A stretch of 64,000 nucleotides of DNA from Desulfobacterales bacterium (GTDB lineage Bacteria; Desulfobacterota; Desulfobacteria; Desulfobacterales; UBA2174), in the NCBI GenBank assembly GCA_963668645.2, contig CAXXWC010000010.1, forward strand, positions 32,001-96,000, in the 5' to 3' direction. Under the pieces are notes generated by a model. That model saw only the letters and a list, made by a program, of their open reading frames with translations, had not been told where the DNA came from and made no database searches. The position numbers and the translations under genes were made by a program. Positions 52,473 to 63,191 of the stretch are shown here, piece by piece. Numbering within the stretch: position 1 is the stretch's first letter; every line of letters begins with the position of its first letter.

Positions 52473-54215
52473 TCAGGTTGCGGCCTCCGGCTCACCGCTG
52501 GCAGTCGTCTCATCGGTCTGGAAGAACTTGATAAAGCCTTCGACCACGATCCAGGCGGCGATAATGATGATGACGATATTGATGCTCTGCAGCAGCATGT
52601 TGTGCGCCCCGCCGAATTGGAGTTGATTAAGAGTGGCGGCCCAGAGGGTCATTATCGCCATAAATATCGCCGGGATTCCGGCCACCATCCATTTAAGGCC
52701 GCCGCGGGCCTTGAGGTAAAGCGTAATCACGATCAGGGCCAGGGCCGCCAGGGTCTGGTTGACCGCGCCGAACAGGGGCCAGAGTTTCATGGCCCCCTTG
52801 CCGCCGGCACCGGTGGCGAAGGCCAGGATCAGGGCCGTGCCCACCGCGATGGCCGTGGCGGTGTACTTGCCGGTGAGAAAGTCGAGCTTCAAGGTGGTAA
52901 ACAGCTCGCTGAGCACGTACCGCTGGATGCGGGTGGCCGAATCGAGGGTCGTGCCGGCAAACGAGGCCACGAAGACGGCCATGATGGCCAGGGTGAAAAT
53001 CTTGGGGATGCCCAGGGTCATGATCATGTTGGCCGCACCGTCCACAAATGCGGAGATCTTGGATCCGAGACCGGCCGCTGCGGCCCAGGACGAATAATGG
53101 GTCGTCCAGGCGGCCACGCCGGTCAGGGTCTCGCCGGACTTGGTGGTGTATCCCATGCCGATGCCGGCGGCCACGGCGATGATCACCAAAGTGGCCAGGG
53201 CCCCTTCCATCAGCATCGAGCCGTAGCCGACGAACAGGGCGTCTTCCTCACTGCGCACCTGCTTTCCCGAAGTGCCCGAAGAGACCAGGGAATGAAACCC
53301 GGAAATGGCGCCGCAGGCGATGGTGATAAAAAGAAACGGCCACATGCTCGGAGCCTTGGCCGGACTGGCCTGTATCGCCGGGGCCACGATTTCCAGCCTG
53401 CCGGTCAGGGCGGCACCGAAGACGCCCAGGATCAACAGGCCCATGGCGATGACCAGCTGGTGGGAGTTGATGAAGTCCCGGGGCTGGAGCAGGGCGGTCA
53501 CCGGCAGCACCGAGGCGATAAAGCCGTAGATCAGCAGGATGATGGTCCATACCCCGGTGGCCGGGATCCCGGCCACGGTGGGCATCTTCACCGGCATGAA
53601 GGGGCCGAGAAAGACGAAGAGGTACATCAGCAGGATGGCCCAGATCGACAGGCTGGTCACGTTGCCGCCCTTCTTGTAGACCAGGTAGCCCAACACCATG
53701 GCGATGGGCACCTCGACCCAGACCGCCACCACCGACTGGGGATACATGGCGAAGATGATGGCGATGACCAGGCCGAAGACCGCGATGACGATCCACAGCT
53801 CCAGAAAGACGATCAAAAAGAACAAGAAACGGGTGCGGTTGTTGATGTACTTGGCGGTGTAATCGGAAATCGACTTGCCCTGGTTGCGCAGGCTGATCAC
53901 CAGAGCGCCGAAATCGTGCACCGCGCCCATGACGATGCTGCCCACGAATACCCACAGCAGGGCCGGCACCCAGCCCCAGATGATGGCGATGGCCGGCCCC
54001 ACGATGGGTCCGGTGCCGGCGATGGAGGTAAAATGGTGCCCGAAAATGATCTCCTTCTTGGTCGGCACGTAGTCGACGCCGTCCTCGAACTCCTGGGACG
54101 GCGTCCTGGCGGTGGGCGACAGGGCGAAGATTTTTTTGCCGATGTACTGGCCGTAAAGCTTGTACATGGCGATGTAGCCCGCGAAGGCCACGATCATGAT
54201 GAGCAGTGCATCCAT
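52473..54215 (-). CDS. cstA: Carbon starvation protein A family transporter
   Basis: DGVDYVPT, FGHHFTSIAG.GPI.GP, ITIACGAISGFH, TTLD..TR, LWPLFG..NQ. Confidence 0.95.
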   Translation of the reverse strand: MDALLIMIVAFAGYIAMYKLYGQYIGKKIFALSPTARTPSQEFEDGVDYVPTKKEIIFGHHFTSIAGTGPIVGPAIAIIWGWVPALLWVFVGSIVMGAVHDFGALVISLRNQGKSISDYTAKYINNRTRFLFFLIVFLELWIVIAVFGLVIAIIFAMYPQSVVAVWVEVPIAMVLGYLVYKKGGNVTSLSIWAILLMYLFVFLGPFMPVKMPTVAGIPATGVWTIILLIYGFIASVLPVTALLQPRDFINSHQLVIAMGLLILGVFGAALTGRLEIVAPAIQASPAKAPSMWPFLFITIACGAISGFHSLVSSGTSGKQVRSEEDALFVGYGSMLMEGALATLVIIAVAAGIGMGYTTKSGETLTGVAAWTTHYSSWAAAAGLGSKISAFVDGAANMIMTLGIPKIFTLAIMAVFVASFAGTTLDSATRIQRYVLSELFTTLKLDFLTGKYTATAIAVGTALILAFATGAGGKGAMKLWPLFGAVNQTLAALALIVITLYLKARGGLKWMVAGIPAIFMAIMTLWAATLNQLQFGGAHNMLLQSINIVIIIIAAWIVVEGFIKFFQTDETTASGEPEAAT

Positions 54216-54333
54216 AAAACTTCTCCTTTCTTTGCGGTTCGCTCAGCTTATATTAGGTGCCCGGCACTTCCGGTGCCGGTAATGGGGCAGGATCCACGGG
54301 ACGAAAGTGGCGATCCTTTGCCGGCTGCGAGTT

Positions 54334-54783
54334 TCAGCGGTTCGGATCATTGGCCGGCGCCTTTCCCCTCCATGGTGCCGGGCGTGATGCGCTACGCGCC
54401 GGCGGCGCGTCCTGAAACAGGTTTCTGAGCACCGATTCGATGGCCTGCATATCCAAAGGCTTGAACAGGCACCCGTCCACCCCCACGGCCCGGGCCTCGA
54501 TGGGCAGGGTATCGGTCCCGTAGGCCGTGATCAGCAGTTTGACCCCCTTTTTGCCCTGGATCTGTTTGAAAAAACTCAATCCGTCCATCCCCGGCAGACG
54601 GTAATCGCAGATCACGATGTCGAAATGGCGCCGGGAAAGCGCCTCAAGCCCCTCCTCGGCCGTTTCCAGGGCCATGAAGTACAACCCCTCGCCTTCGAAA
54701 AAAACCGCCATCGAATCCCGGATCCAGGCGTCATCGTCGATGAGCAAAATCCGTTTAGGCCAGGTGTCGCTGGAGTGTTTCAT
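54334..54783 (-). CDS. Single-domain response regulator
   Basis: ILLIDDD, CDYRLPGMDG, ITAY, FKP. Confidence 0.9.
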   Translation of the reverse strand: MKHSSDTWPKRILLIDDDAWIRDSMAVFFEGEGLYFMALETAEEGLEALSRRHFDIVICDYRLPGMDGLSFFKQIQGKKGVKLLITAYGTDTLPIEARAVGVDGCLFKPLDMQAIESVLRNLFQDAPPARSASRPAPWRGKAPANDPNR

Positions 54784-54850
54784 TGCTGCAAGACCGATCG
54801 AAAGTGGCACAAATCAAAGGCCGGAATGGCGGCCTTCAGCCCATAAGGAT

Positions 54851-54866
54851 AGCATTAAGCGTGCCT
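54851..54866 (-). promoter_or_regulatory. Sigma54 -24/-12 promoter
   Basis: AGGCACGCTTAATGCT (GG-N10-GC), downstream of a sigma54 activator gene. Confidence 0.7.
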
Positions 54867-55001
54867 CGGCAAACCGGAGTGAACGAAACGCCGCCGGTGT
54901 TGGCTCGGCCTTCGGCAGGCAGCGCAACCGGCCGGCGAAGATTAGAAAAATTGCGAAATCGCCTTCGCAATTTTTCGAAAAAAGAGAGAGGGAGAGGTTG
55001 G

Positions 55002-56372
55002 TCAGGAATCGGGGCAGGACAACTTTTTACGCCGGTAGCGGAAGGTATGGTGGTTGAGCCCCAGCAGCCGGGCGGCGTGGCTCTCGTTGCCGCCGGCCCG
55101 GCGCAGGGCCTGATCGAAATAGAAACGCTCCATGGCGCTCAGGGTGGCGGCAAGATCCATCCCGCCGGCCGGCAGGGGAGCGAATCCCTGGCCGGGGCAA
55201 GTCGAGGCCGGGGCAAGGTCCAACTCCTTGATCTCAATGCACTCCTCGGTGGCCAGCAGTACGGCCCGCTCGATGACGTTGCGCAGTTCGCGCACATTAC
55301 CGGTCCAGGGATGATTTTCCAGGGCACGGACCGCATCCGGACTCAGCTCGCTCACCGATTTGCCAAACTTGTGGTTGAAGATTTCCATGAAATGGCGGGC
55401 CAACGGCAGGATGTCGCCGCGGCGGGCGTTGAGGGCCGGAACAGCCACGCGGACCACGCCCAGGCGGAAATAAAGATCGCGGCGGAAACGCCCCTCGGCG
55501 ATCAAATGATCGAGGTCCTTGTTGGTGGCCGACACGATGCGGGTGCGGATCCTGCGCCGCTGGGTGCCCCCCACACGATAAAATTCCCCGCTTTCCAGAA
55601 AACGGAGCAGCTTGGCCTGTGCCGCACCGCTCAAATCTCCGATCTCGTCGAGAAAGAGGGTGCCGTCGGCGGCCGCCTCGATCAGGCCCGTCTTGGCCTG
55701 CCCTGCTCCGCTGAAGGCCCCTTTCTCGTAACCGAACAGTTCACTTTCGGTCAATTCGGTGGGAATCGCCGCGCAGTTGACCGCCATGAACGGCCCCTGG
55801 AAATTGGGGCTCTGGTAGTGGATCGCACTGGCGATCAACTCCTTGCCGGTGCCGGTCTCGCCCAGGATCAGGACCGGGGTGTCCGGGCTTTCGGCCACCC
55901 GTTGGACAAAAGCCATCACCGCCTGGATCGTGTCGCTCTCGCCGATGAAACACGGGATGTGTTCTTCCAGGTAGCGGGCCTGAAGATCCTGGACATCCTT
56001 GCGCAAGCGTTCGGTGGTCAGGGCATGGCGGATCGTCTTTTCCAGCACGTCCATCTTCAGCGGCTTGACGATGTAATCGCAGGCTCCCTGCTTGACCGCC
56101 GCCACCACCGTGGCGACATCCCGGTCGGCCGTGATCATCACCACCGGCAGTTCCGGGCGGCGGTGCCGGATCCGGGCCAGGGCTTCCAGGCCGCCGATAC
56201 CCGGCAGCCCGATGTCGAGCAGCACCAGATCCGGGGCGGCCCGGGCCAGGGCCTCCAGGGCCGGCTCGGCCGCCTCGAAGGTCAACACGCGGTACTTGTC
56301 CTCCAGGGCTGCGGTGAGGGACTGCCCGATCAGCGGCTCGTCATCGACCACCAGGATCACCGGAGGGCGCAT
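55002..56372 (-). CDS. Sigma54-dependent response regulator
   Basis: REC domain, GETGTGKE, GAFSGA, FLDEIG, GNVRELRN, HTH. Confidence 0.95.
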   Translation of the reverse strand: MRPPVILVVDDEPLIGQSLTAALEDKYRVLTFEAAEPALEALARAAPDLVLLDIGLPGIGGLEALARIRHRRPELPVVMITADRDVATVVAAVKQGACDYIVKPLKMDVLEKTIRHALTTERLRKDVQDLQARYLEEHIPCFIGESDTIQAVMAFVQRVAESPDTPVLILGETGTGKELIASAIHYQSPNFQGPFMAVNCAAIPTELTESELFGYEKGAFSGAGQAKTGLIEAAADGTLFLDEIGDLSGAAQAKLLRFLESGEFYRVGGTQRRRIRTRIVSATNKDLDHLIAEGRFRRDLYFRLGVVRVAVPALNARRGDILPLARHFMEIFNHKFGKSVSELSPDAVRALENHPWTGNVRELRNVIERAVLLATEECIEIKELDLAPASTCPGQGFAPLPAGGMDLAATLSAMERFYFDQALRRAGGNESHAARLLGLNHHTFRYRRKKLSCPDS

Positions 56373-57502
56373 CAGCCGTTTCCTTCGCCCACCGCCGGCA
56401 GCTCGATGGCAAAGCGCGCCCCGCCGCCGCGGCGGTTGCCGGCGGTCAGGGTGCCGCCGTGGTCCGCAATGATGCGCCGGCTCAGGTTGAGCCCGATGCC
56501 GGTGCTGCCGTGCTTGGTGGTGTAAAACGGGTCGAAAATCAATTGAAGCCGCTGGCTCGAAATCCCCGGCCCGTTGTCGGCCACCACCACCCGGACCATA
56601 CGGCCCGCCGTCCGGGAAGCGATGCGGATCGTTTTTGGCGGCGATATGGTTTTCAGCGCATCGACCGCATTAGTGATCAGGTTGAGGATCACCTCTTCGA
56701 TCATCTGGCGGTCCAGGCGGCACGGCGGCGGGTTTTTAGCCAGCCGCAGATCCAGGTCGATGCCGTTGCGGCGCAGGGTCGCCGCCGAAAGGTCCACCGC
56801 TTCGCGGATGGGCGGATTGACACTCCCGACCACCAGATTGGGCCGGCTCGGGCGGGCGAAATCCATCACCCGTTTGAGGACCGATTCGATCTTGCTGGAA
56901 GCCGACCGCAGTTGATCGAGGATCTTGAAGGTTTTGGGATCCACGGCAGTTTGAGCGAGCCGTTTCTCCAGGGTGTCCAGGTAGATGTTGATCCCCGAAA
57001 GGGGGTTGCGGATTTCATGGGCGATTCCCGCCGCCACCCGGCCCAGGCTGGTCATCTTGTCCTGAATCCGCAGCAGGTGCTCCATCTGGCGGATCTGGGT
57101 GATATCCATCATGTTGACCAGCAGGGCATCGCGCCCCTTGTAGTGGATAGGGCAGGTGCGGCAGTTGACCCATTTGAATTCACCGCCGGCCGCCTCGGGC
57201 CAGGAGGGAAAAAAGCGGAAATCGATGTCAAGGGCGCCCGTTTCGCCGGCCAGCGAACGGCGGTGGAAAGCTTCCACCTTGGCCGCATCGTCCGGGTGGA
57301 TGCTGTCCAGTTCGGCCAGCTTGCTCGAACGCGGCAGGGGGCCGAGGAGTCTTTCCATTTCCGGATTCTGGTAGACCACGCGATCGTCCTGGACGATGGA
57401 GATCCCGGTCAGCGCGCCTTCCACCAGAGCCCGGAAGCGGCGCTCGCTTTCGCGCAGAGCGCCGTGCAGCGGAATCTGGTCTTCATGATTGGATAGATTC
57501 AT
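56372..57502 (-). CDS. PAS-domain sensor histidine kinase
   Basis: ESERRFR...IHPDD PAS domain, AHEIRNP, DNGPG, FYTTK, TGIGL. Confidence 0.92.
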   Translation of the reverse strand: MNLSNHEDQIPLHGALRESERRFRALVEGALTGISIVQDDRVVYQNPEMERLLGPLPRSSKLAELDSIHPDDAAKVEAFHRRSLAGETGALDIDFRFFPSWPEAAGGEFKWVNCRTCPIHYKGRDALLVNMMDITQIRQMEHLLRIQDKMTSLGRVAAGIAHEIRNPLSGINIYLDTLEKRLAQTAVDPKTFKILDQLRSASSKIESVLKRVMDFARPSRPNLVVGSVNPPIREAVDLSAATLRRNGIDLDLRLAKNPPPCRLDRQMIEEVILNLITNAVDALKTISPPKTIRIASRTAGRMVRVVVADNGPGISSQRLQLIFDPFYTTKHGSTGIGLNLSRRIIADHGGTLTAGNRRGGGARFAIELPAVGEGNG

Positions 57503-57513
57503 CGCACTGGGGC

Positions 57514-58932
57514 TTACGATCCGTAAATGGCGCACTGGCGCGCCGCCATGGCCGCTTCCTGCAGGGCCTCGGCAAATGTCGGGTGGCCGTGCACCGTGCG
57601 GGCCAAATCCTCGCTCGATCCGCCGAACTCCATGGCCAGGACGCACTCGGCGATCATGTCCGCGGCCCGCGCGCCGATGATATGGACCCCCAGCAGGCGG
57701 TCGGTGCGGCTGTGGGCGATGATCTTGACGAATCCTTCGCTCTGGCCCATGCAGCGGGCCCGGCCGGCTCCGGAAAAGGGGTAGCTGCCCACGCAGTAGG
57801 GGACCTTGCGCGCCTTGCACTGCTCCTCGGTCAAACCGACCATGGCCACCTCCGGGGCGGTATAGATCACCGCCGGGATGGTGTCGTAGTTGACTTCGCC
57901 CCGGTTTCCGGCAATCTGTTCCACCGCGGCCAGGCCCTCGGCCGAAGCCTTGTGGGCTAGCATGGGACCGGCCACCAGGTCGCCGATGGCATAGACCGTC
58001 TTGACGCTGGTGCGATAATCGGCATCCACCTGCACCTGGCCGGTCTTGGGGTCCATGGCGACGCCGAGCGCTTCCAGGCCCAGACCGGCCGTCAGGGGCC
58101 GGCGGCCCACCGCCACCAGGAGCCGGTCAAAATCCAGGGTCTCTTTCTGGTCCCCGCTTTCCACCGCCACCTTCACCGTCTTGCCCTTGACGGCGGCCCC
58201 GGCCACCCGCGTTTTGACCCGGATCTCCAGGCCCTGCCTGCGCAGAATGCGGTCCAGGGTCCGGCCCACCTGGCCGTCGAGCAGCCCGGCGATCTTGGGC
58301 AGCATCTCGATGACGGTCACCTCGGATCCCAGCCGGCGCCACACCGAGCCGAGCTCCAGGCCGATGTAGCCCCCGCCCACGATCCCCAGGCGCCGCGGCA
58401 CCTGGGCAAAACTCAGGGCCTCGGTGCTGCTCACGATGCGCTCGCCGTCCAACGGCAGGCCCGGCACCGGCGCCGGCAGGCTGCCGGTGGCCAGCAGGAT
58501 GGCCCCGGCCGTGTAGACCGCCGGCCGGCCATTCTTTTGCGCCGGCGTCACCGTGACTTGGTCCGGGCCGGAAAGGGTGGCCGTACCGTGGATGATCTCG
58601 ATCCGGTGGCCTTCGAGCAGCTTGCGCACGTTTTCGGTCAGCTCGGCCACCACCTGGTCCTTGCGCGCCATCATGGCGGCCAGATCCAGCGAGACGCGGC
58701 CGGTCTTGATCCCGTGTTCTTTAAAGGTTTCCCGGGCCAGGTGGAACAGCTCGCTGGAATCGAGCAGAGCCTTGCTCGGAATGCAGCCCACGTTGAGGCA
58801 GACCCCGCCCAGGCGCGCCGACTTTTCCACGCAGGCCGTCTTGAGGCCCAGTTGGGCGGCGCGCACCGCCGCCACGTAGCCGCCGGGGCCGGCGCCGACA
58901 ATGATCAGATCGAAGCGTTGGTTGGCGGCCAT
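57514..58932 (-). CDS. lpdA: Dihydrolipoyl dehydrogenase
   Basis: GAGPGG, GGVCLNVGCIPSK, GGGYIGLE, HPTFAE. Confidence 0.97.
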   Translation of the reverse strand: MAANQRFDLIIVGAGPGGYVAAVRAAQLGLKTACVEKSARLGGVCLNVGCIPSKALLDSSELFHLARETFKEHGIKTGRVSLDLAAMMARKDQVVAELTENVRKLLEGHRIEIIHGTATLSGPDQVTVTPAQKNGRPAVYTAGAILLATGSLPAPVPGLPLDGERIVSSTEALSFAQVPRRLGIVGGGYIGLELGSVWRRLGSEVTVIEMLPKIAGLLDGQVGRTLDRILRRQGLEIRVKTRVAGAAVKGKTVKVAVESGDQKETLDFDRLLVAVGRRPLTAGLGLEALGVAMDPKTGQVQVDADYRTSVKTVYAIGDLVAGPMLAHKASAEGLAAVEQIAGNRGEVNYDTIPAVIYTAPEVAMVGLTEEQCKARKVPYCVGSYPFSGAGRARCMGQSEGFVKIIAHSRTDRLLGVHIIGARAADMIAECVLAMEFGGSSEDLARTVHGHPTFAEALQEAAMAARQCAIYGS

Positions 58933-58933
58933 G

Positions 58934-60193
58934 TCATACCTCCAGGATGAGCCGTTCGGGGTTTTCGATCAGTTCCTTGACCCGTTTGAGAAAGGTCACG
59001 GCCCCCTTGCCGTCCACCACCCGGTGGTCGTAGCTCAGGGCCACGTACATCATGGGCCGCACGACCACGGCATCATCGATCACCACCGGCCGTTTCTCGA
59101 TCTTGTGCATGCCCAGGATCCCGCTCTGGGGGGTGTTGAGAATCGGTGTGCTCAAAAGCGAGCCGTAGACCCCGCCGTTGCTGATGGTGAAGGTGCCCCC
59201 TTCCAGGTCGGCCAGGGTGAGGCGGTTTTCCTTGATCTTGGTTACGTAGTCGGCGATGGCCTGCTCGATGGCGGCAAAACCGAGCCGCTCGGCATGGCGG
59301 ATCACCGGCACCACCAGGCCCCGCTCCGAGCCCACGGCGACCCCGATGTGCTGGTGGTTGTGATAGATGATGTCGCTGCCGTCGATAAAGGCGTTGATCT
59401 CCGGGATTTGCTGCAAGGCGGCGACGCAGGCCTTGGTAAAAAAGGACATGAAGCCCAGGTTGATCCCGTGGCGCGCCTTGAAAGCGTCCTTGTAGCGGCT
59501 GCGCACCGCCATGGCCGTGCTCATGTCGATCTCGTTGAAGGTGGTGAGCATGGCGGTGTTCTGGCGGGCGGCCAGGAGCCGGTCGGCGATGCGCCGGCGG
59601 ATGGGGCTCATCGCCTTGCGCACCTCGCCCGCTTCGGCAGGGACTTCGGGCGGGGCTTCGGACGGGGCGGCCTTTGGCGAAGGTGCCGGCTGCGGGGCCG
59701 GGGCCTGCTCGAGGTAGAGGAGGACATCGCCCTTGGTCAGGCGCCCTGCCGGGCCGCTGGCCGGGATGCGGGCCGGATCGAGCCCCTTTTCGGCCACCAG
59801 GCGGCGCACGGCCGGGGACAGAATCATGGCTTGAGATTTGGCGGCCTCCCTGGGCGTCTCGGGCTCGGCCGGGGCCTCGGCCCTGGCCTCTGTTGCAGGG
59901 GCTTCGGGCGGAGGGGCCTTTTCCGCGGCCGGCGCCGGTGCCGGTTCGGGTGAAGCCGTGGCGGTGTCGAGGGACCCCACCACCTCGCCGATGGCCACGG
60001 TCTTTCCCGCCGGCACCTGGATGTGCAGCACCCCGCCGGCCTCGGCGGCCACTTCAAGGGTGACCTTATCGGTTTCGATCACCAGCAGGGCCTCGTCCCT
60101 GGCCACCGTCTCGCCCTCCTGCTTGAACCACTCGGCCAGCAGGGCCTCCTTGACCGATTCGCCGACGCTCGGAATCTTGATCTCCAGTTTCAT
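58934..60193 (-). CDS. sucB: 2-oxoglutarate dehydrogenase E2 (dihydrolipoamide succinyltransferase)
   Basis: Lipoyl ETDKV, E3-binding domain, [17 protein letters not shown]. Confidence 0.95.
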   Translation of the reverse strand: MKLEIKIPSVGESVKEALLAEWFKQEGETVARDEALLVIETDKVTLEVAAEAGGVLHIQVPAGKTVAIGEVVGSLDTATASPEPAPAPAAEKAPPPEAPATEARAEAPAEPETPREAAKSQAMILSPAVRRLVAEKGLDPARIPASGPAGRLTKGDVLLYLEQAPAPQPAPSPKAAPSEAPPEVPAEAGEVRKAMSPIRRRIADRLLAARQNTAMLTTFNEIDMSTAMAVRSRYKDAFKARHGINLGFMSFFTKACVAALQQIPEINAFIDGSDIIYHNHQHIGVAVGSERGLVVPVIRHAERLGFAAIEQAIADYVTKIKENRLTLADLEGGTFTISNGGVYGSLLSTPILNTPQSGILGMHKIEKRPVVIDDAVVVRPMMYVALSYDHRVVDGKGAVTFLKRVKELIENPERLILEV

Positions 60194-60270
60194 CGGTTCG
60201 CCTCAATGGTGGAAAAAGAGGTTATAGGGAGCAGGATCCCGTCTATCGGACAGGTCCGGCTTTCCGCTTT

Positions 60271-62965
60271 TCACGCTTCACCCAGCGCCTCGCGCACGAT
60301 TCCCGCCTGCTGGGCCCGGTAGACGGCCGGAAATCCGGTGGCCGGGCTGGCGGCCGCCGGCCGGCCGATGTAGGCCAGCGGAGCGTTGAGCAGGGTTTCC
60401 AGACGAGGCCGCAGAAAGGTCCAGGCCCCCATGTTTTCCGGTTCCTCCTGGACCCAGCACCACTGTTTGGCCCGCCGGTACGGTTTCAGGGCCTGCTCCA
60501 GGGCGGCCCCGGGAAACGGGTGGAACTGCTCGATGCGCACGATGGCCGTCTCCTTGCGCTTGAGATCGGCGCGCTGCCGGGCCAGTTCGTAGAAGATCTT
60601 GCCGCTGCACAACAAAACCCGCTTGGCCGTTTTGGGCGCCGCGGCATCGGCCAGCACCGGAGCGAAGGTGCCGGCGGTCAAGTCATCCAGGCCGGAGACC
60701 GCCGCCGGAAGGCGCAGCAGGCTCTTGGGGGTCATGAGCACCAGGGGCTTGCGCCAGGGGGCCAGGGCCTGGCGCCGCAGCAGGTGGAAGTACTGGGCCG
60801 GGGTGGTCAGGTTGCAGACCTGCATGTTGTCCTCGGCGCAAAGCTGCAAAAAGCGTTCGAGCCGGGCGCTGGAATGCTCCGGGCCGAGCCCCTCCCAACC
60901 GTGGGGCAAAAGCATCGCCAGACCGCAGAGCCGCTGCCACTTGGCCTGCCCGGCGCTGATGAACAGGTCGATGATCGACTGGGCGTTGTTGGCGAAATCG
61001 CCGAACTGGGCCTCCCAGAGGGTGAGGGTGTCGGGCCGTGTGGCGGCATAGCCGTACTCGAACCCGAGCACGGCGTACTCGGCCAGCAGGCTGTTGTAGA
61101 CCCGGAACGGGGCCTGGTCCGGGCAAAGGGCGGTCAGCGGCACATGGACTTCCCCGCTTTGGGTATCGAAGAGGACCGCATGGCGCTGGCTGAAGGTGCC
61201 GCGGCCCGAATCCTGGCCGCTGAGGCGCACCCCGACCCCCTGTCGCACCAGGGTACCGAAGGCCAGGGCCTCGGCATTGGCCCAGTCGATCCCCTCGCCT
61301 TTTTGCACCGCCTCCAGGCGCCGCGCCATCAGGGCCGCCAGCTTGCGGTGCAGATGAAACCCCTCGGGCACGGAGTTGAGGCGCGTTGCCAGATCGAGAA
61401 GCTCCTCCTTGGCCGCTGCGGTCTTGACCGGGGTAAAGTCGAAAGCCGGCCGGATCGATTCCCATTCCGGATAGTAGCGCTGCTCGGGAAAGGGGCAGCT
61501 CGTGCCGTGAACCGTCTCGTAGGCTTTCTCGAGTTCGGCGCCGATCTCGGTCTCCAGGCGTTCGTGGTCCGCGGCGGAGGCGAGGCCCCTGCCGGTCAGA
61601 TCCTCGGCGTAAAGCCGGTGCAGCGACGGGCGGCCGGCGATCCGTTCGTACATCAGCGGCTGGGTGAAGTACGGCTCGTCGCCCTCGTTGTGGCCGTAGC
61701 GCCGGTAGCAGACCAGGTCGATGACCACGTCCTTGGCAAAGCGGCGCCGGTAGGCGGCGGCCAACCGGGCCGCATGCACCACGGCCTCGGGATTTTCGCC
61801 GTGGACGTGAAAGACCGGCACCATGAGCATCTTGGCCACATCGGTGGCGTAGCGGCTCGAACGCGCGTCGCCCGGCAGGGTGGTGTAGCCGATCTGGTTG
61901 TTGATCACGACATGAATCGTGCCGCCGGTGCTATACCCGGTCAACTGGCTCATGTTGAGGGTTTCGGCCACCACCCCCTGACCGGCGAAGGCCGCATCCC
62001 CGTGGATCAGGACCGGCACCACCGCCCCGGCACCCTGATCGAGCTGATCCTGGCGCGCGCGGCAGATCCCCTCGGCCACCGGGTTGACCGCCTCAAGATG
62101 GCTCGGGTTGTTCACCAGATAGACCTGGAGGGGACGGCCCTCCGGCAACGGTGAGGTCTGCCAGGTATCCGTTGTGGTACTTGACATCCCCCGAGCCCAC
62201 CAGGGCCTCGGGATCGTAGCAGTGTTCGAACTCGGCGAAGATCTCGTCGTAGGGCCGGCCGAGAAGGTGGGCCTGGACGTTGAGCCGGCCGCGGTGGGCG
62301 ATGCCAAGAACCCACTGGCGCGCTCCGGCCGCGGCCGTCTGGTCGGCCAGGGTATCGAGCAGCGGGATCAGGGCGTCGCCGCCTTCGAGGGAAAAGCGCG
62401 TCACCCCCACGTACTTCTTGTTGAGAAACTGCTCGAAAACCGCGGCTCGGCAAAGCCTTTCGAGGATGCGGCGGCGGACCGCGTCGTCCAGCTCGGGCCG
62501 GTTGCGGCCGGGCTCCATGCGTTCCTGGAGCCAGACCCGCTCGTCCGGGTCCTGCAGGTGCATGTACTCCACCCCGAGGCTGCGGCAGTAGGTCTCCTTG
62601 AGGGCCTGCAGGATATCCTGCAGCGGGGCCTCGGCGGGCAGGCCGAAGCGCCCGGCTGGAAAGCTGCGTTTGAGGTCGGCAGGATCCAGCCCCACGGCCT
62701 CCAGGGCCAGCAGGGGGTGCTCGGTAGGGCAGGCGGCCAGCGGGTCCATGCAGGCCAGCAGGTGGCCCAGGTCGCGGTAGCGGTGGACCAGGTCCTCGGC
62801 GCGGGTCAGACGCCGGGCCGTGCCGGCATCGGCCGCCCCGGCCCCGGCCAGGGTGAATCCCTGGAAGAAAAACCGCCAGTCGCGCGGCACGCTTTGCGGG
62901 TCGGCCTGCCAGCGCCGGTACTGATCATCGATAAAATCGGCGTTGAGGGCTTCACTGATGTCCAT
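60271..62965 (-). pseudogene. sucA: 2-oxoglutarate dehydrogenase E1, split by a single frameshift near 62138-62140
   Basis: RFSLEG, AHRGRLN and GDVKYH in one frame; NPSHLE, HGDAAFAGQG, WEAQFGDF and GPEHSSAR in the next. Confidence 0.9.
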
Positions 62966-63191
62966 GTGCGAGATCCTTGGCGATGGGGTGCACCGTTGGC
63001 GCCGCGGCGGGAGGGAAAATGGCCGCGGGGGCTGATTTTTTTCAATGTACCGGACCGGCAAGCCAAAAGTCAACGCCGCAAAGCGCTATATCGGATGGTT
63101 GAGATTTGACCTCAAATCCGGTAGACCGAAACGGTCTTGAGATGTTAGCCGTTTGCTTGGCAAAACCCGAAGCCCCGACCGGAGATCCGTC

